64,000 bases of DNA from Schmidtea polychroa (Eukaryota), in NCBI GenBank assembly GCA_044892525.1, contig CM097886.1:104904001-104968000 (forward strand), written 5' to 3'. Shown piece after piece: positions 62,469 through 64,000 of the stretch (its first letter is position 1; each line of letters starts with the position of its first letter). The position numbers and the translations under genes are program-made. The notes beneath the pieces are model-generated. The model ran no database searches. It was not told the DNA's origin and saw nothing but the letters and a program-made list of their open reading frames with translations.

Positions 62469-63341
62469 TTGAAAGATAATAGGTTAGAAAAAAAAACATA
62501 TGATTAAGAAAGACAGCGGCAATACAGTTGCAAGTTTAATAAAGAAAGATGCAATTCAGATGCAATATTAAAGTCATTCAATAATTTTAAAAAATAATAT
62601 TAATAATACTAAGGATGTTTAATAATAATAATAATTTATATAGTAATAATATCAATAATAATATTAATAATATTTTGAAATAATAATAATTAGAAACTAA
62701 AATTGTTTGAAAAAAATATATATAATAAAAAATTTACAAATAGAGGGGGGGGGGGGGGGGGATACATGTCTTTGTTCTAACTTAGAATTCAAAGTGGACC
62801 AAAACAATATTTATTCTCCAATATGGAGATTAGAACGTGCAAGTCTTGCTCTTAGTTTTTAATAGATTTTTTAATCAATAAATTTTTAATCAGTTATTTG
62901 TTATTGATTTAGAAAAAAATAATATTAATAATAATAATAATAATATTAATAATAATAATAATAATAATATTTAAATAAATTGAAAGATAATAGGTTAGAA
63001 AAAAAATAATATATGATTAAGAAAGACAACGGCAATACAGTTGCAAGTTTAATAAAGAAAGATGCAATTCAGATGCAATATTAAAGTCATTCAATAATTT
63101 TAAAAAATAATACTAAGGATGTTTAATAATAAAAATAATTTAAATAGTATTAATATCAATAATAATAATATTAATTATTATAGTAATATTTTGAAATAAT
63201 AATAATGATTCATAAAAATTAATGCTAGGAGTTACATGTCTTTGTTCTAACTTAGAAAAATTTTGAAAAAGTATGAGTCATAAAAATTTTTTTTTGCTAT
63301 GGGGGGGGGGGGGGGGGGTTACATGTCTTTGTTTTGACTTG
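62255..63341 (-). repeat. Right inverted-repeat arm
   Basis: Reverse complement of the 51346-52400 units. Confidence 0.85.
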
Positions 63342-64000
63342 TTAAAGTAAATTGTTAAAGTATTATTTTAAATTTCTCCAGATTATTTCAAACCCGATTN
63401 NNNNNNNNNNNNNNNNNNNNNNNNNNNNNNNNNNNNNNNNNNNNNNNNNNNNNNNNNNNNNNNNNNNNNNNNNNNNNNNNNNNNNNNNNNNNNNNNNNNN
63501 NNNNNNNNNNNNNNNNNNNNNNNNNNNNNNNNNNNNNNNNNNNNNNNNNNNNNNNNNNNNNNNNNNNNNNNNNNNNNNNNNNNNNNNNNNNNNNNNNNNN
63601 NNNNNNNNNNNNNNNNNNNNNNNNNTCCGAGTTTATCCGACAAAATATTCTGTCCCCCTATGAGTATTTGTCGTAAGGGTACTGCTCACGCTCAACGCAA
63701 GGGTATTGTTTCTGTCTAATACAATTATTCAGAAGAGAAATTTTCTCAATTTTATTTACTTTAAAGCGAAATATCGCCGAGAGAAAAAAATTAGGGAAAG
63801 TGTAATTTGTACTCTGCACATGATTTTTGCATGAGTCCTATTCAAATGAAATATTACAAGTTATTATTGTTCAAACATAGCTAAACGTTAATTTATATTG
63901 GCAAATAATAAGTTGGAATTAATGCCATCAAATTTGTATGAGACTTTGATTTTTGATCAAAATATAATTAATTTTCCTTGGGTCGAATAGAATTTATGTC

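Larger units (their letters stand above)
51346..63341. mobile_element. Decayed Polinton-like element 2 bounded by ~1-kb inverted repeats (true left end may be 35431)
   Basis: 51346-~52660 and ~62255-63341 are reverse-complementary. The interior has pPolB and an adenain-like protease; no integrase, ATPase or capsid was recognised. Confidence 0.7.

Overview
This is AT-rich eukaryotic (probably invertebrate) DNA made almost entirely of nested mobile elements. No ordinary host gene is confidently seen. All assignments are by-eye motif recognition; no searches were run. (1) 3997-34361 is a 30.4-kb Ty3/Gypsy (Metaviridae-like) LTR retroelement on the - strand. It has near-identical 4,229-bp LTRs, a 4-bp GTGG TSD and a tRNA-Pro-type PBS. 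Its single 4,624-aa ORF reads Gag (3 CCHC knuckles), 3 ubiquitin-like domains, a Bcl-2-like domain, a signal peptide plus chuvirus/gB-like class III fusion glycoprotein with TM, then protease, RT, RNase H, integrase, ankyrin repeats and a second signal/ectodomain/TM module. It also carries separate accessory ORFs: a full-length intronless TRAF, an IAP-type RING protein, coiled-coil and membrane proteins, and an LTR-encoded ORF. This resembles the giant Burro elements described from the planarian Schmidtea, so a flatworm host is a guess. It looks like a giant enveloped endogenous retrovirus-like agent with an apoptosis/NF-kB/ubiquitin toolkit. (2) 35938-51098 is a 15.2-kb Polinton/Maverick with MCP, PLA2-integrase fusion, ATPase, protease, penton, fibre-like gene and pPolB. 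Each end has a 244-bp module that is itself flanked by inverted repeats. (3) About 51346-63341, possibly starting at 35431, is a second, decayed Polinton-like element between ~1-kb inverted repeats. Its genes carry 44-50-nt spliceosomal introns and include spliced pPolB, Bcl-2-like, adenain-like and TBP-like genes. A Penelope fragment with a hammerhead ribozyme is inserted in it. Flanks contain a tandem duplication that preserves the empty insertion site, AP-1-motif arrays, satellites and N-masked segments.
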